Made by a program: the position numbers and the translations under genes. Shown here one piece after another: positions 9,201-19,259 of a stretch of DNA of 64,000 nt (the stretch's first letter is position 1; every line of letters begins with the position of its first letter). Origin of the DNA: an uncultured candidate division Zixibacteria bacterium (GTDB taxonomy: Bacteria > Zixibacteria > MSB-5A5 > GN15 > PGXB01); the NCBI GenBank assembly GCA_963702205.1, contig OY969724.1:3744001-3808000 (forward strand). The letters run 5' to 3'. Below the pieces are notes generated by a model, which searched no databases, had not been told where the DNA came from, and saw only the letters and a program-made list of their open reading frames with translations.

Positions 9201-10001
9201 ATGAACATCCATCTATTCGACGGGGTCGCATCGGAGTACACCACCGAAGTGTCACCTTACCGCCACGCCCAGTTTCTGGCTATGGTGCATGAAATGAAAC
9301 TCGACGGCACCGAGCACATCCTCGACATCGGGTGCGGTCCGGGGGTCTTGTCTCTGGAAGCGGCCGCGCGCCTTCCGAAAGGCCGTCTGACCGGGATCGA
9401 CCTGTCGCCCCGCATGCTCGACCTGGCCCGGGACCTTGCCAACAAAGCCGGTTATCGCAACGTCCGCTACGAACTCGGCGACGCCATGAACCTTAATTAC
9501 GCCGACGGCAAATTCGACTATGTGATGTCGTCCAACGCTTTTCCGTGGGTGAGTTCCCGGACCAAATTCCTGGCCGAGGTTCGGCGCGTACTGAAACCGG
9601 GCGGCCGCCTGGCTTTGGTTTCTTTATCGCAAATCGTGTATCGCGAATTTATTGAGGCCCTTTTGCATGTGGCGGATAAGTACCCGCAGTTGAGTGGTTT
9701 GAAGACCGACCCATATAGGGCCATGAAAGTTCGTCTGTATGACGTGGAAGGGCTGTCTGAAAAAGTTGCGTCGGCAGGTTTCGAAGTCAACCGTGGTTTT
9801 ATTTTGTCGACCGAGGAACCAATCACGCCCGCCGGTTATATCAAACGAGTCAATTCTGTCGTCAACGAGAATTACCTCGACAACCTCGACGACCGGATCA
9901 AAGAGGACATTCGCAATGAGATATTTCTGGCCCTGGCGCGCAAGAACGGAAATTTAAAGGTAACCGAATCATCGGTCTTCGTCTTCGCCCGCAAAAATTA
10001 G
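9201..10001 (+). CDS. Class I SAM-dependent methyltransferase
   Basis: ILDIGCGPG, GIDLS, RVLKPGG; AGGAG Shine-Dalgarno. Confidence 0.9.
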   Translation: MNIHLFDGVASEYTTEVSPYRHAQFLAMVHEMKLDGTEHILDIGCGPGVLSLEAAARLPKGRLTGIDLSPRMLDLARDLANKAGYRNVRYELGDAMNLNYADGKFDYVMSSNAFPWVSSRTKFLAEVRRVLKPGGRLALVSLSQIVYREFIEALLHVADKYPQLSGLKTDPYRAMKVRLYDVEGLSEKVASAGFEVNRGFILSTEEPITPAGYIKRVNSVVNENYLDNLDDRIKEDIRNEIFLALARKNGNLKVTESSVFVFARKN

Positions 10002-10008
10002 TACTGCT

Positions 10009-10722
10009 TTATTCCTTTTTCACCAGATCGAAAATGTCGACGATTCGAACCGGTTCGACATTATAGAAGCCCTGACCGTATTTGCATCCGGCCTGTTGAC
10101 CGAACGCGCGAACCATGGTTTCGAGCGACCAGATATAATCACGGGACTTTTCCGGATTCAGGAATTGTGATTCGTGACATTTGAGCGCTTCTATCCAGAC
10201 TTCAAAATGCGATGTGATATCAACCACAAAATTCGCGGCCATACCCGGCGGCAGGAAATAATGAAATATCTGCTTAACCCGATGCGGTTCGCCTTCGATA
10301 GGCATCTTTTTCAAAGTGGCGAAGTTGGCGGCGTTGATCGTAATCTGACCCGCCGCGACGTGATCCGGATGCGACTGGCGTTTTCCGTGCCCGATATGCG
10401 GAAACGGCGTCAAAATGATTTCCGGACGGTACCTGCGAATCAGGGCCGCCAGCTCCATGCGACGGTCATTGGTATCGAACAGGCCGCAATCGCCCCAGTC
10501 AAAGGTCTCAATCAGATCACTGCCCATGAGCTTGGCCGCCCTGGCGGCCTCTTTGGCCCGGATTTCGACCGTCCCACCGGTGCCCATCTCACCCTTCGTA
10601 AGATAGACGATGCCGGTTTTATATCCTCTCTGGTTAAGGTCAATCAGCACACCGCCCGTGCCGACTTCGACGTCGTCGGGGTGCGCCCCGATTGAAATCA
10701 GATCGTATTTTGAATCAGACAT
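10009..10722 (-). CDS. bshB1: GlcNAc-malate deacetylase BshB1-like (PIG-L/LmbE family)
   Basis: GAHPDDVEVGTGG, LTKGEMGT, HPDH, FVVDIT, CHESQF. Confidence 0.78.
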   Translation of the reverse strand: MSDSKYDLISIGAHPDDVEVGTGGVLIDLNQRGYKTGIVYLTKGEMGTGGTVEIRAKEAARAAKLMGSDLIETFDWGDCGLFDTNDRRMELAALIRRYRPEIILTPFPHIGHGKRQSHPDHVAAGQITINAANFATLKKMPIEGEPHRVKQIFHYFLPPGMAANFVVDITSHFEVWIEALKCHESQFLNPEKSRDYIWSLETMVRAFGQQAGCKYGQGFYNVEPVRIVDIFDLVKKE

Positions 10723-10736
10723 ACAACCTCACAATT

Positions 10737-10770
10737 AAAAAAGCCGGATCAGTACTTAACTGCTCCGGCT
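10737..10770 (-). terminator. Intrinsic terminator after the FadL/esterase-like pair
   Basis: Minus strand AGCCGGAGCAGT-TAAGT-ACTGATCCGGC followed by TTTTTT. Confidence 0.65.
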
Positions 10771-10795
10771 CGAATTTGTTCCCTCGATTATTTCG

Positions 10796-12052
10796 TTATT
10801 GAGGTATCACGAAATGATCGCTGTGATATTTCAATATAATCGGCAGGATATCCCAGACATAAGCGTTCGGTCCCGGGTCAAAGCTGACGTCACCGCTATA
10901 TGACAGGGTGTCAAACGACGGTGTCCCCGGCACCTCGCCATAGGTCGTCGTAAGCAGATCGATAAAATCCTGAGTCTGTTCGTTAAAGCTGTAATTATCC
11001 CAAATTCTGGAATACATCAAAAAGACGTTGGTACTATCGAGGGCACCGCTGTAATCGGACAAAATATTCGGCATGTTGTTTTGCTGCCACAAACCCCACG
11101 GTACCGCGCTCACTTCTCCATCCGGTCCGAAGGGAAGATTTATCGCCACATCCGGCCCGAGCACGAAATTATCGAAATACGTGGTGGGATCATTGATGAC
11201 ACCGTCGGCGATCACAGAATCAATATACCCGGTATCATTGGGCGAAAAGGCCGTAGACGCCGCAAAAAACAGCGACTGAAGCGGTTTGTCAGTCTCAATG
11301 TCCATACTCGAGTAGTTGGCCGAACCGACTTCCGTCATAAGATTTCTGAACAGCGGAATAAACCCTCCGTTGCCGGAAGTCCCGTCAAAGTCAAGCGGTG
11401 CGGAAATGGCCGAAACGGAACTGAAACTCTCGCTGTACTTCAAGGCAATCCTCATTGCACCATAGCCGCCCATACCGATGCCGGAAATGGCCCGTGTGCC
11501 CCGATAGTCGTGCGGGCTGCTAAAATTCTTAAAGACATTCTCTCCGAATATAAAATAATCCAGTAGGGTACCGGCAGAATCCGTGAAATTAAGCGGATCA
11601 TTAATATTCCCAATGATTTCATCATATTTGCCGCCGGCCCAGGTATCACCGTAAAAACAACCGCCGAAATCGGTGGCACCGCTGACACATACGATTATCA
11701 TCGGGATTATTTCGCCGTCCGCAATCATTTTATCGGCGACCTCTTTAAGACCGTGATTGAAATAGAAGTGTTCATCGCTGCGAAAAGGTGTCAATAATAT
11801 AAGCATCGGCAAAGGTGATCCGGATTCAGGAAGGGTATAGCCGTAGGGTCTGTAAATCTGGAAGAAAATCGAATTCTGGCCAAACATCTGGTAGTCGAGT
11901 TGTCGAACATAATGCTCGTTCTGGGCATTAAGTACAACCCCGCCGGGATATTCAAGCAACGTCCCCACCGGATTGCCCCGATTGGAGCAACTTAAAAGGG
12001 CCGCACCGGCCATCAAGCTTATAATTAATATTGTAATTACGCTCTTCTTCAT
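10796..12052 (-). CDS. Lipoprotein with alpha/beta-hydrolase (esterase) fold; nucleophile Ser replaced by Gly
   Basis: Lipobox LLSC; IYRPYGY, PMIIVC, RAISGIGMGGYGA (canonical GxSMGG), FSSVSAIS. Confidence 0.8.
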   Translation of the reverse strand: MKKSVITILIISLMAGAALLSCSNRGNPVGTLLEYPGGVVLNAQNEHYVRQLDYQMFGQNSIFFQIYRPYGYTLPESGSPLPMLILLTPFRSDEHFYFNHGLKEVADKMIADGEIIPMIIVCVSGATDFGGCFYGDTWAGGKYDEIIGNINDPLNFTDSAGTLLDYFIFGENVFKNFSSPHDYRGTRAISGIGMGGYGAMRIALKYSESFSSVSAISAPLDFDGTSGNGGFIPLFRNLMTEVGSANYSSMDIETDKPLQSLFFAASTAFSPNDTGYIDSVIADGVINDPTTYFDNFVLGPDVAINLPFGPDGEVSAVPWGLWQQNNMPNILSDYSGALDSTNVFLMYSRIWDNYSFNEQTQDFIDLLTTTYGEVPGTPSFDTLSYSGDVSFDPGPNAYVWDILPIILKYHSDHFVIPQ

Positions 12053-12061
12053 CAGGTCCTC

Positions 12062-13573
12062 CTAAAACCGGTATGTAAAACCAAGGACGGTTTGAAATGT
12101 ATTGGCTTTGTACGAGCCGGGAAAATTGTCCATCACGTTGTCCCCGTTGACGTCATCCAGACCCGAAACCGTAAGGTTCGGCTGGTGAGTGTACGTTCCG
12201 GCAATCTCTACTCTCCACACTTCAATATCGAAAGACAAACCGGCGCTTACTATATAGGCATCACCCAGATCAACGAAATGGGGCGTTAACGTCGTTTCGG
12301 AAGCAGGCGACTGATCGAACGCGAAGCCTGCTCTTGCCTGCGTATAATTATTGACCTGATAATTGGCCCCGGCCATGATTTTAATCGTATTATCCCATTT
12401 AACCGGGTAGCTGACGCCATGCTGCATCAGGGAATCACTAAAATAGTGGAAGGATGCAAAAGTGGTATCACTGCTGAAAATTCCGTTGTAATTGCTCTGT
12501 TTAAACTCAAAGCCCTTGAATTGGGACCAGAAGACGTATTCGAAATCCGCGGCCAAAAGAAGCTTTTCGCTAAACTGATAGGATATGCCTCCGCCCAATA
12601 CGGCCGGAACGTCGACTTCCGTCTTGAAATCATACGTGTTTTTGAAATTTTCACCGGCAAAAAAGTGATATTGCTCCGTGACCGGAGTCCAGAGAGTGTT
12701 ATTGGCCAGCAACGAGGCATCGTCACCCATATAAAAGGTTGACGCTCCGGAACCATCGACGGTAATGGAAGTTTTGCCGCTGAATGTCAGACCGACTTTG
12801 GTTTTTTCGTTCAGGGCGTACATCAGGCCAATTCTGTAACTTGGGCCGTAACCGTTACCATCGACTTCATACCATTCGGGGATTCTTTCATACGGGCGTT
12901 GAATATAGGATGCATAATCCGGGCTGTCGAGAAGGGTATTACGCCGCAATACAAGATCTGAAAATTTCAGGTCCACTCTTCTCAAGCCGATTCCCACGCC
13001 GATGGAAAGATCATCTTCCATGAACGTCCGGGCCGCTGTAAACAGGGCATCGACGACGTCGAGATTATTGTAAAACTGTCTCGTACCAAGATCACGTAAT
13101 CCATACACTTCGGTTCCGTCAAAACCAAAAACCGTGGTCCAGTCGAGATTGCGGTCGAAAGATTGTATTATGGAAAACCCGAACACCATCTCGTTCTCGG
13201 CGACCGGCAGGCGAATCAAAGCACCCACCTGAGGCACGTTATTAATGGCGTGTTTATTGGGTATACTGATATCGTTGAAATAACCCGAGGCGAATTGATT
13301 ACCCCACTTGAATTCGGGTGTTACGGAATAGCGATCGTGGAAAAACGCGACGTCGCCCGACAGCATATTGTCCTGAATCCAGCCATATCCCGCCGGATTA
13401 TAATAGGCCGCCGACCAATCGTCCGCCACCGCCCGAAAGGCACCGCCCATGCCCTGCGCTTTGACACCGATACCATTAAATGTAAAGCCGCTGCCATAGG
13501 CGCTTGATATGGCCAACAACAAAATGAACAATGATGCGGCCGCGTACCTCTTATGACCCATTCTCTTCTCCAT
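12062..13573 (-). CDS. FadL/OmpP1/TodX family outer-membrane channel
   Basis: Signal peptide, GMGGAFRAVADDWSAAYYNPAG, terminal FTYRF. Confidence 0.9.
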   Translation of the reverse strand: MEKRMGHKRYAAASLFILLLAISSAYGSGFTFNGIGVKAQGMGGAFRAVADDWSAAYYNPAGYGWIQDNMLSGDVAFFHDRYSVTPEFKWGNQFASGYFNDISIPNKHAINNVPQVGALIRLPVAENEMVFGFSIIQSFDRNLDWTTVFGFDGTEVYGLRDLGTRQFYNNLDVVDALFTAARTFMEDDLSIGVGIGLRRVDLKFSDLVLRRNTLLDSPDYASYIQRPYERIPEWYEVDGNGYGPSYRIGLMYALNEKTKVGLTFSGKTSITVDGSGASTFYMGDDASLLANNTLWTPVTEQYHFFAGENFKNTYDFKTEVDVPAVLGGGISYQFSEKLLLAADFEYVFWSQFKGFEFKQSNYNGIFSSDTTFASFHYFSDSLMQHGVSYPVKWDNTIKIMAGANYQVNNYTQARAGFAFDQSPASETTLTPHFVDLGDAYIVSAGLSFDIEVWRVEIAGTYTHQPNLTVSGLDDVNGDNVMDNFPGSYKANTFQTVLGFTYRF

Positions 13574-13695
13574 TTATTCTTAAAAACTAATATTTAACTT
13601 TTTATCCCCGCCCAATCCTCAACAGACAAAGGCGATTTTACCCGTTGCCGTAAACCGGCCTAAACCTCCGTAAAGGTTTGTGATACAAAGATGAA

Positions 13696-13724
13696 AAACT
13701 ACAATAAGGCCGCCCATTTGTCAA
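13696..13724 (-). promoter_or_regulatory. Putative sigma70 promoter of the FadL-like gene
   Basis: Minus strand TTGACA-N17-TAGTTT. Confidence 0.5.
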
Positions 13725-13841
13725 GTCCTCTGGCGAAAAATCGCCAATTATACGTGGAAACATCGATTTACCTATCCACCGAAGTTTATGACGAATAGAT
13801 TCTGCATTTTGAGCAATGAAATCGGATGTCAAATGCTGCGC

Positions 13842-15365
13842 TCAGCGCCAAATCGCATCCGTCTCGACACGAGCCGGGTAATAACCGGTTCGGGCCGATC
13901 GTCTGGCATGGAAATCGGCCAGGGCGCCTGATGTTGTCAAAGACAAATAATAATCGATTGCCCCATTTTCGCCCAAAAGTGCCAGACATTTATAAAAATC
14001 ATCACGCGCCGATTCATAATTCTCCAAAACGTAATTCTGGAACCCTTCGATGGCGTACGGAAGCGCCCGGCCGAACTGCCCGGCCCGGCAGGCCCGTGAA
14101 ATTACATGACGATCGTTCAGGTTTTGAAACCGGAAGAACATCTGTGGAAAGTCGACCAGCGTATATTTACCATTATTCAGATTTTCCGCGATCAGGCTGA
14201 GATAATCCGTTATCGGCCCGGGGCGTCCGTCGTGCAAAGCCGCAGCTGAAATTATCTTGCCGTTCAATTGATCGAATTCGGCCGAGCACACCCAGTTGGA
14301 ATAGCCGCACATAATGGAATTATCGTCGGCCACGTCCACGGCTCCGCACAAATGGCTGATCTCATGAACCATTAGCTGTCCGATTTGCATCGCCCGGAAT
14401 TGATCGTAATCGTGTCCCGGGGTCTTTAGAGCGGTGATAACGGCCAGCCGGTGACCGACGTCCGTCACGCCGACCTGAACCGTCTTATTGCTGATAAATA
14501 ACTTTTCCGGGTCGGTGGGCTGGAAAACCAGCAATCGCATCGGACCCTGCTTGGTCTTGATCCGCCCCCGGATAAGATCAAAAATCGCCTCCGTGTTTTC
14601 CAGAGATGTCGGTTTGAGTTCGACTTTATTCGTATTCAGAATTTTAAGTGCAAACCCAAAACGACGAGAAAAAACATGAGACGCATAATCCAGGGCCATT
14701 TCAATATCAGGGTCGATTTCGTCGGCGTAAATTTCAATATCGAACGCTCGGCTGGCTGATTCCTGTTTTCGTTCCACCGACGGTAGTCCCGATAGCAGCT
14801 CCTCGATCTGGCGCATAAAAACGAAATTCGGCAGTTCCTTCGGTTGTTCATCAAGTTTCAGACCTTCAAATTGCAGCCAGTTGTCTCGGCTTGTAACTGA
14901 AATCGGCTTTGATTCAAACACCGCCCCACCGGCTTTGGCGTCTTTTATCGTCAGCCGCAGATTTGACGAAATATCGATATCTGCAAATGGCCATTTCAGG
15001 CTGTCATTTAAATGAGGCGCATCGGACAGGTGGCACTTGATTATACCGGATACTTCGGCTATATAAGAGGGGCCGGTGTCCTGCAATGCGCTGTCCGCCC
15101 GGTCCATTTCGGGCAGGGTGAGGGAATCAACCGCCGTCGCATTCCATCCTTTTTTCCAGAAAAAGAATTCCAGGTGAGAAATCAGGCACCGTCTTAAACC
15201 CCGGAAGAGAAAAGGATCGTCTGTACCCGTGATGGATATCTTCAATTCAATGGTAACCTTGCCCGGCAGGATTACCGAATCAGGCGCCTGGCTCCGGGCC
15301 GTATTGACGGCCGTAAGCGCGACGGACACAACTACTAAGAGCCGGATTATTGAACGGTAGGACAT
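13842..15365 (-). CDS. Secreted protein with a metzincin-like zinc peptidase domain and C-terminal TPR-like helices
   Basis: Signal peptide; HEISHLCGAVD followed by Met-turn NSIM. Confidence 0.7.
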   Translation of the reverse strand: MSYRSIIRLLVVVSVALTAVNTARSQAPDSVILPGKVTIELKISITGTDDPFLFRGLRRCLISHLEFFFWKKGWNATAVDSLTLPEMDRADSALQDTGPSYIAEVSGIIKCHLSDAPHLNDSLKWPFADIDISSNLRLTIKDAKAGGAVFESKPISVTSRDNWLQFEGLKLDEQPKELPNFVFMRQIEELLSGLPSVERKQESASRAFDIEIYADEIDPDIEMALDYASHVFSRRFGFALKILNTNKVELKPTSLENTEAIFDLIRGRIKTKQGPMRLLVFQPTDPEKLFISNKTVQVGVTDVGHRLAVITALKTPGHDYDQFRAMQIGQLMVHEISHLCGAVDVADDNSIMCGYSNWVCSAEFDQLNGKIISAAALHDGRPGPITDYLSLIAENLNNGKYTLVDFPQMFFRFQNLNDRHVISRACRAGQFGRALPYAIEGFQNYVLENYESARDDFYKCLALLGENGAIDYYLSLTTSGALADFHARRSARTGYYPARVETDAIWR

Positions 15366-15397
15366 GATCTTTATACGGCATTATTAAGCAAAAATGC

Positions 15398-15426
15398 TTG
15401 AAAATCAAGAGCCAACCGGGTATAAT
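15398..15426 (+). promoter_or_regulatory. sigma70 promoter, probably giving a (near-)leaderless mRNA
   Basis: TTGAAA-N17-TATAAT-N8-ATG, no Shine-Dalgarno. Confidence 0.6.
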
Positions 15427-15434
15427 TACATCCT

Positions 15435-16286
15435 ATGAATAAAAATATGGCTTACATATTAATTTTGCTGACGGCTCTTATAATCATCGGTTGCGGTACT
15501 ACCAAAGACCTTGAAACTTTGAAGAGTGAAGGTCAGGCCGCGCTGGATGAGGGCAAAAGTGACCTCGCCATCAGCATTTTCAGAGAGGCCTACAATCAAG
15601 CTCCGTCGGACCGCGACGCCATTGTCGGGCTGGCTTCTGCCTTTGAAAAGGCCCTTCTTACCGATTCGGCCTATTATTACTACAGAAAAGCCAAAGTGCT
15701 TTATAAGAGCGACCGTGAAGTCAACCGCAAGCTGTTGCAGCTCGCGCCCGGCTTCAAAGATTACGACGTCGCCTTCAGGGCCATCGCAGCGATGGTGAAT
15801 ACCGGAGACAATGAAAAACTGTATTGGCCACAACTGGCCGAATTATTTTACATGGACAAGCAGTACCATGAGGCCGCGAAATACTACAGTCTGATGATCG
15901 AAGATGATTCGAGCAACGCCTATAACTACCTGTCGTTGGCCGGGGTACTGGCCCTCGGACAAAGACCCGACGAAGCTAATAAAATATTGTTAAAAGCTGT
16001 GGAAAAGTTTGGGCCGAGGCCGGAATATTACACGAATATCGCGGTCAATTATGCCAATCAATCTAAATTCAAAGATGCGGAGAAATATTTCCGGCTGAGC
16101 CTGGAGCTGAATCATGACAATGTTCCGACCTGGATAAATCTGGCCAACGTTCTGACGGCACAAAAAAGCCGCGACAAAAAACTGGAAGCGCTGCAAATAT
16201 ACAAAACATACAAAGATCAGACCCCGGCCTTTTATAATCTGGATTCGGTTATCGCCGGACTACAAACGGAACTTGGTGTACAATAA
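15435..16286 (+). CDS. TPR-repeat lipoprotein
   Basis: Lipobox IIGC; multiple TPR-like helical repeats. Confidence 0.85.
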   Translation: MNKNMAYILILLTALIIIGCGTTKDLETLKSEGQAALDEGKSDLAISIFREAYNQAPSDRDAIVGLASAFEKALLTDSAYYYYRKAKVLYKSDREVNRKLLQLAPGFKDYDVAFRAIAAMVNTGDNEKLYWPQLAELFYMDKQYHEAAKYYSLMIEDDSSNAYNYLSLAGVLALGQRPDEANKILLKAVEKFGPRPEYYTNIAVNYANQSKFKDAEKYFRLSLELNHDNVPTWINLANVLTAQKSRDKKLEALQIYKTYKDQTPAFYNLDSVIAGLQTELGVQ

Positions 16287-16322
16287 AATTGCGGCCTTGT
16301 CCCGATTTGCGTCTATAATTTT

Positions 16323-17321
16323 ATGGATAAGAATTTGACCGACAAAAAAATCCTCGTTACCGGGGCCGATGGCTTTATCGGGTCGCACCTGGTCGAATAC
16401 CTTGTTACGCTGGGCGCAAATATTCGGGCCCTGTCCTACTATAATTCTTTCAATTTCAGAGGCTGGCTCGACGATATCAACGAAAGCGACCGGATTGAAA
16501 TAGTCTCCGGTGATATACGCGATGCCGCCTATTGCCGTTCACTGGTCAAAGATATCGATATGGTCTTCCATTTGGCGGCGCTCATAGCGGTGCCTTATTC
16601 GTACACGGCCCCATCGAGCTACATCGACACCAATGTCAAAGGAACACTTAACATCTGCCAGGCGGCGCTGGACAACGGCGTTGATAGATTGGTACACCTT
16701 TCGACGAGTGAGGTTTACGGTTCAGCCGTGAAAGTACCGATTGACGAAAGCCACCCCCTCCAGCCCCAGTCGCCGTACAGTGCTTCCAAAATCGGGGCCG
16801 ACTCGGTCGCCATGAGCTTTTTCCACGCTTATGGACTGCCCGTGGTCATTGCAAGGCCGTTTAACACCTACGGTCCTCGTCAGTCGGCCCGGGCCATTAT
16901 TCCGACCGTTATCACCCAGCTTGCCGGCGGAGCGAAACAAATCAGACTCGGCAGCCTTTCCCCCACCCGGGATTTTACCTTTGTCACCGACGTCTGCCGC
17001 GGACTGGTCGGGCTGGCCGGATGTGAAAAAGCCGTCGGCGAGACGGTCAACATTGGCACCGGCACCGAAATCTCAATCGCCGATTTATTTGGAAAAATAA
17101 AAAATATCATGGATATCTCGGCCGAATGTACTACCGATCCGGAGCGAATCCGTCCGGAAAAATCCGAAGTCCATCGGCTGGTGTGCGATGCCTCGAAAAT
17201 GAAAGCGCTGACCGGATTCGTCGCGGAGACAAATATCGATAGCGGCCTCACTCTGACCGTGGAGTGGTTTTCCCAAAAGGCCAATCTGGCCTGGTACAAG
17301 GTAGACATCTATAATGTCTAA
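16323..17321 (+). CDS. NDP-sugar 4,6-dehydratase (LegB-like extended SDR)
   Basis: VTGADGFIGSHL, HLAALIAVPYSY, STSEVYG, YSASK, RPFNTYGPRQS. Confidence 0.9.
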   Translation: MDKNLTDKKILVTGADGFIGSHLVEYLVTLGANIRALSYYNSFNFRGWLDDINESDRIEIVSGDIRDAAYCRSLVKDIDMVFHLAALIAVPYSYTAPSSYIDTNVKGTLNICQAALDNGVDRLVHLSTSEVYGSAVKVPIDESHPLQPQSPYSASKIGADSVAMSFFHAYGLPVVIARPFNTYGPRQSARAIIPTVITQLAGGAKQIRLGSLSPTRDFTFVTDVCRGLVGLAGCEKAVGETVNIGTGTEISIADLFGKIKNIMDISAECTTDPERIRPEKSEVHRLVCDASKMKALTGFVAETNIDSGLTLTVEWFSQKANLAWYKVDIYNV

Positions 17322-18030
17322 GCGGGCCGTGATTCTGGCCGGAGGCACCGGCAGCCGTCTGCGGCCATACACGATAACCCTGCCCAAGCCCTTGGTACCG
17401 GTCGGCGATCTGCCCATTCTGGAAATCGTGATCCGCCAATTGTCACATTACGGATTTGACCATATCACGCTGGCGGTCGGTTATCAGGCCGGGATCATAC
17501 AGGCATACTGCACCGATGGCTCCAAGTGGAACGTCAATATGGATTATTCAGAAGAAAAAACGCCGCTCGGCACCGTCGGCCCGCTCAAACAGATCCCCGA
17601 TCTTCCGGATAATTTCCTCGTCATGAACGGCGACGTCCTGACCGATCTCAATTTCGCAGCGTTTTATAATGCACACAACACGGCAAAAAATCTTTTCACC
17701 ATCGCATCATACAAACGGCGACAGGTTACCGATTTCGGGGTGCTTCAGGTATCAACTGAGGGTTATCTCGCCGGCTTTGAAGAAAAACCGGCCGTGGAAC
17801 ACGACGTCAGCATGGGCGTCTATATGGCCTCCAGAGAAATCCTGGCATTCATTCCCGAAAATAAACCGTACGGTTTCGATCAACTGGTCCTGGACCTTAT
17901 CGCAAGAAAGCGGCCACCGGCGGTAATACACCACGACGGAGCCTGGCTGGATATCGGACGGCCGGAGGATTATCAAACCGCAGTCGACGAATTCGACCGC
18001 AATCGTGACAAATACCTGAAAGGCCAATAA
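17314..18030 (+). CDS. Sugar-phosphate nucleotidyltransferase
   Basis: ILAGGTGSRLRP, PKPL, PLGTVG, VMNGD, WLDIGRPEDY. Confidence 0.92.
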   Translation: MSKRAVILAGGTGSRLRPYTITLPKPLVPVGDLPILEIVIRQLSHYGFDHITLAVGYQAGIIQAYCTDGSKWNVNMDYSEEKTPLGTVGPLKQIPDLPDNFLVMNGDVLTDLNFAAFYNAHNTAKNLFTIASYKRRQVTDFGVLQVSTEGYLAGFEEKPAVEHDVSMGVYMASREILAFIPENKPYGFDQLVLDLIARKRPPAVIHHDGAWLDIGRPEDYQTAVDEFDRNRDKYLKGQ

Positions 18031-19161
18031 GTGGACTGGAAAATCAGTCTGACCGAACCCGACCTCGACGATGATGACGTCAAAGCGGTCACCGACGTTA
18101 TTAGAAGCGGCTGGCTGACTATGGGGCCGAAAGTGGCAGAGTTCGAACGACTCTGGTGTGAAAAAACCGGTTCTAAATATGCCCGCGCGGTATCGAGCGG
18201 CACGGCGGCATTGCATCTTTCATTCATGGCGCTCGGTCTGGGACTCGGCGATGAAGTCATCTGCCCGGCCCTGTCGTTCGTGGCTTCAGCCAACGCCGTG
18301 CGGTATGTCGGTGCCAGAGTCGTCTTTGCCGATGTTATCTCCGCTCATGATCTGACTATCGATCCCGACGACATCGAAGCCAAAATTACGTCCAAAACGC
18401 GGGCGATACTGGTTATGCATTTCGGCGGCTACATGTGCGATATGAATCGCATTCTCGATCTGGCAAAGAAGCATAATCTATATATAATCGAAGACGCCGC
18501 CCACGCCCCTCTGGCCGTTTGGAAAAATGACGACGGCGAATCCCGCACGGCCGGGGCCATCGGGGATTGTGGAGCGTTCAGCTTCTACGGCAATAAAAAT
18601 ATGACGACCGGTGAAGGCGGCATGGTAACCACCAACTCCGAGGATTTGGCCGAGAAATTAAAACTGCTCCGCTCGCACGGTATGACCAGCGCCACTTATG
18701 ATCGGCACACCGGCAAAGCGTCGTCTTATGATGTCGTTACGACCGGATACAACTACCGCATGGATGACATCCGGGCGGCGCTGGGAATAAATCAATTAAA
18801 GAAACTCGCGGACAACACACAAAAGCGCCGTGAGATAACCGGATGGTACCGCGAGATGCTCGGCAAAAATAACAACATCATAATTCCCTTTGCCGATCGC
18901 GACCTGTCAGTCTCGGCCTGTCACCTGATGGTCATAATCTCCAGAAATAATCCCGAAACCGTCAAGCAGGCGCTCAATGACGCCGGAATTCAAACCAGCC
19001 AACACTATACCCTGATTCCCGATTTCAAGGATTTCGGAGGAGAAACTTTTAAGCCCAAAGATAGATTGATATATAATTCGTTGACTATCCCGCTCCATGC
19101 CAAAATAACCAAAGAGCAGGTAGTTTTCATTGCCGACATTGTTAATAAAGCCTCATCCTGA
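18031..19161 (+). CDS. DegT/DnrJ/EryC1/StrS sugar aminotransferase (GTG start)
   Basis: SSGTAALHL, IEDAAHA, FSFYGNKNMTTGEGG, GYNYRM. Confidence 0.92.
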   Translation: MDWKISLTEPDLDDDDVKAVTDVIRSGWLTMGPKVAEFERLWCEKTGSKYARAVSSGTAALHLSFMALGLGLGDEVICPALSFVASANAVRYVGARVVFADVISAHDLTIDPDDIEAKITSKTRAILVMHFGGYMCDMNRILDLAKKHNLYIIEDAAHAPLAVWKNDDGESRTAGAIGDCGAFSFYGNKNMTTGEGGMVTTNSEDLAEKLKLLRSHGMTSATYDRHTGKASSYDVVTTGYNYRMDDIRAALGINQLKKLADNTQKRREITGWYREMLGKNNNIIIPFADRDLSVSACHLMVIISRNNPETVKQALNDAGIQTSQHYTLIPDFKDFGGETFKPKDRLIYNSLTIPLHAKITKEQVVFIADIVNKASS

Positions 19162-19259
19162 AAGTCGTGATTAATTTCTTCTCCGAGATTTCTATTGTCC
19201 GCGACAACAAAATGTGTTAATTACGCTGTATAAAAAAGAATCACCTTTGAGGAATAGAT

